This document shows positions 61,610 through 64,000 of a DNA stretch of 64,000 nt, piece by piece; within the stretch, counting starts at the first letter, position 1, and every line of letters begins with the position of its first letter. A program made the translations under genes and the position numbers. Below the pieces are notes generated by a model. That model searched no databases. It was not told the DNA's origin and saw only the letters and a program-made list of their open reading frames with translations. The stretch lies in assembly GCA_964188305.1 (NCBI GenBank), contig OZ076894.1; one strand, given 5' to 3'. This stretch comes from Podarcis bocagei. Its lineage: Eukaryota.

Positions 61610-64000
61610 CTGGAGAAAACACAAATATGGTTTCCTACATCAGTGGAGTATTTTTGTCAGTTACAAATTTTGATCAGAAAATACTAAATACATTTAATAT
61701 TCCACACTGGGACTATATTTCAAAGGTGTCAAGATCAAGAGAGAGGACAATGACCACCACGCTGGTTCTCCTGAAATTCAAGAGAAGCTGCTATCTGGAA
61801 GTGGCACGTTAGAAGTCTGTTGCACATGTGGCCATCCATTTCAATCCCACCCACTGAATGAAACTCTTTGTGAAAAAGGATCAAAATATCACTATTCATA
61901 TTTACAATCAGCTCAGAAGGTAATCAGAGCAACCACAGCAAGAGAAAAAAAGTATATAAGATAACAGTGATGTTTTTAATAACAAACTTCTATGAAAAGT
62001 TGGCAAATGCTTAAAAAAAGGATACATCTGGAAAAGTAGAAATAGGCAGAACTCGTGTTTGCAACAGTTACCTTGGGGCAATCCAATAGGGAGCAATGAT
62101 ATACAAATGGGTGCTGTGCATGTGCTTCTCATGGCTGAGAAGCTGAGCTGTTCCTGTGCAACCCCCCACTGGATTGCCATAAAAAATTGCTCTCTGACCT
62201 AAATACTGGTTCTATGTTCCTTCTCCTTCCTCCCAAGCAGGCAACTCATACTATTCAAAACCACTTGACTTGACAATCTCCCAAACTGGATTTTTTGGCT
62301 CTGGGAAACATACATGGTACCCATTTGCATGTGCATTTTTCTCAGTTGCATTTGGGTGAACGTTAGTTTGGAATGATGCATTCCTGTTCGTTTATTCTGT
62401 ACTGTTAGAATAAATTGCTTACATATGTCCTGTTACGCATCACACACCCACAACATTATACCAGTAAACTATTATTGTAAACAAGTTTTCTGACAGCCTC
62501 AATTTCCCATTGTCAAATGGTATTATTTTACGCAAAAGAATAAGTTGTCTTTGCTAGCAGAGCCCGGCTCTGTATTGTATCTGCAGTTCTGTACTCATAT
62601 GTCAAACACAACAAAAATGTTTGGGCAAGAATCATTGGGAAAAGAAGAAGCACTTCTCCAGGATCATTTTTATGGCCTTCACAGGAAATGTGGGGAAGCA
62701 ATATATGTGCCTAATATTAGGCTTCCACGGTTACAACTATATTTTGTTCAAACATTGCCACTATCCTCATTATTATCCTGATTAATGACTCAGTCAAGGT
62801 CTGCTGTGAGAGCTGTCTGCTATTACTGTTACACTTATTCCACAGTAAATCTCAATGTGTTATAATCCATGCAAACCACATGTCACTTTGTACTGTATAG
62901 CAATACTTGCTTTATTGATCAAGTGTACAATATTTCAAAGATAACAGTACTAATGAATTTATTTTTGTCCCACAATAACTGTTAAAATACATTTAGGAAG
63001 TTCTATGACATCTTTCTCCACCCTAGGTTACTTTTAAGTTGAATTTCAATGGGTAAATATTTTCCATAAACAGAACATGTTCCTTGGGCTGTGCCAATTA
63101 CTTTTCTAATGCCATGCAATCTGAGAGAGGTATACCAGAGGACGGACAACATTATGAAATAAGAGAAAATGAAAATGGCTTATGAAATATAAAAGAAAAG
63201 CCATGTAAATGAGGCTGCATCATAACAGCACATGGATTACATTTCCCCAAGAAAAGTTGGAACGAGAATGCGCTAATGGAATCTGAAATCCCCTTCCTAT
63301 GATCACATCATTTATGACAATCAGGAAACCATAATTTTGCTGAAATAGCTGAGTTCTATAATTTTCATCAGAGGTATCATACAAGTCAGCACTCAGCACT
63401 ATGGTACCTGATTTATTCTGTCATTACTTTGAAAAATTGCCCTTTCGCATCTCTCTTCTATTACCACAGGGGGAAAGATGAACATTAGAATATTTATTGC
63501 ACTGATTCAGGGTGTCCGTATAAACACCTGTCACTGTCTTTGCTCCCTTGTGAATAAATTTCCCCAGCTCATCCACCCTGTCATTACAACTAGCCACTTC
63601 ATTTATTCAATTAGACAGGCATCACTTTGAAAAGTCATTACTTGTCAAACAGTCTCCTGAGCATAAATTTAGGAGCATAGCTGACTCACCTTACGATCAG
63701 AAACTACTGAACAACAAAATGAGGAAAATGAATGCACACATAATTATCTCAGTGCTTACTTGCTTTCTGCCAGTTCCCATGATAAGTTGAATTGGCATTC
63801 AATGGCAGTACACTTATTAACCCTTGCCTCCCAGTGAAATGTACCATATTCACATGAAAAGAAGTCTCTCTGTAACTAATCCCATAATAGCTAGAATTAC
63901 ATACCAAGAAACATGATCTTGTTAACTAGTCCTTAGACATCATTTCTGTGTCCTCTGGCTCCCATAACATTCTGCATCCTGGCTTCCTCCTTTCTAAGAT

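Overview
Vertebrate genomic DNA, almost certainly a squamate and probably a lacertid lizard (judged from Podarcis-type Sauria SINEs and Squam3-like SINEs). The window holds the 3' part of teneurin-3 (TENM3) on the minus strand. Ten constitutive coding exons plus a 21-nt alternative microexon missed by the ORF track splice through GT-AG sites with consistent phases. Together they give about 1580 C-terminal residues: NHL beta-propeller, YD/RHS shell and Tox-GHH/TCAP tail, with the stop at 21839-21841. A long predicted 3' UTR follows, with several poly(A) signals and a 132-nt N gap. Positions 1 to about 16.4 kb are intergenic, with repeats, a strong CTCF motif and enhancer-like blocks. The most interesting structure is the splice-site-B module. 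It comprises the NKDFRHS microexon with a neural-microexon-type acceptor, a CAGCAG tandem acceptor on the next exon, and all three Sauria SINEs of the window in the intron between them (an inverted pair, and a double insertion into one target site nested in an older SINE). I found no convincing new protein-coding system. The other short ORFs are chance or antisense ORFs.
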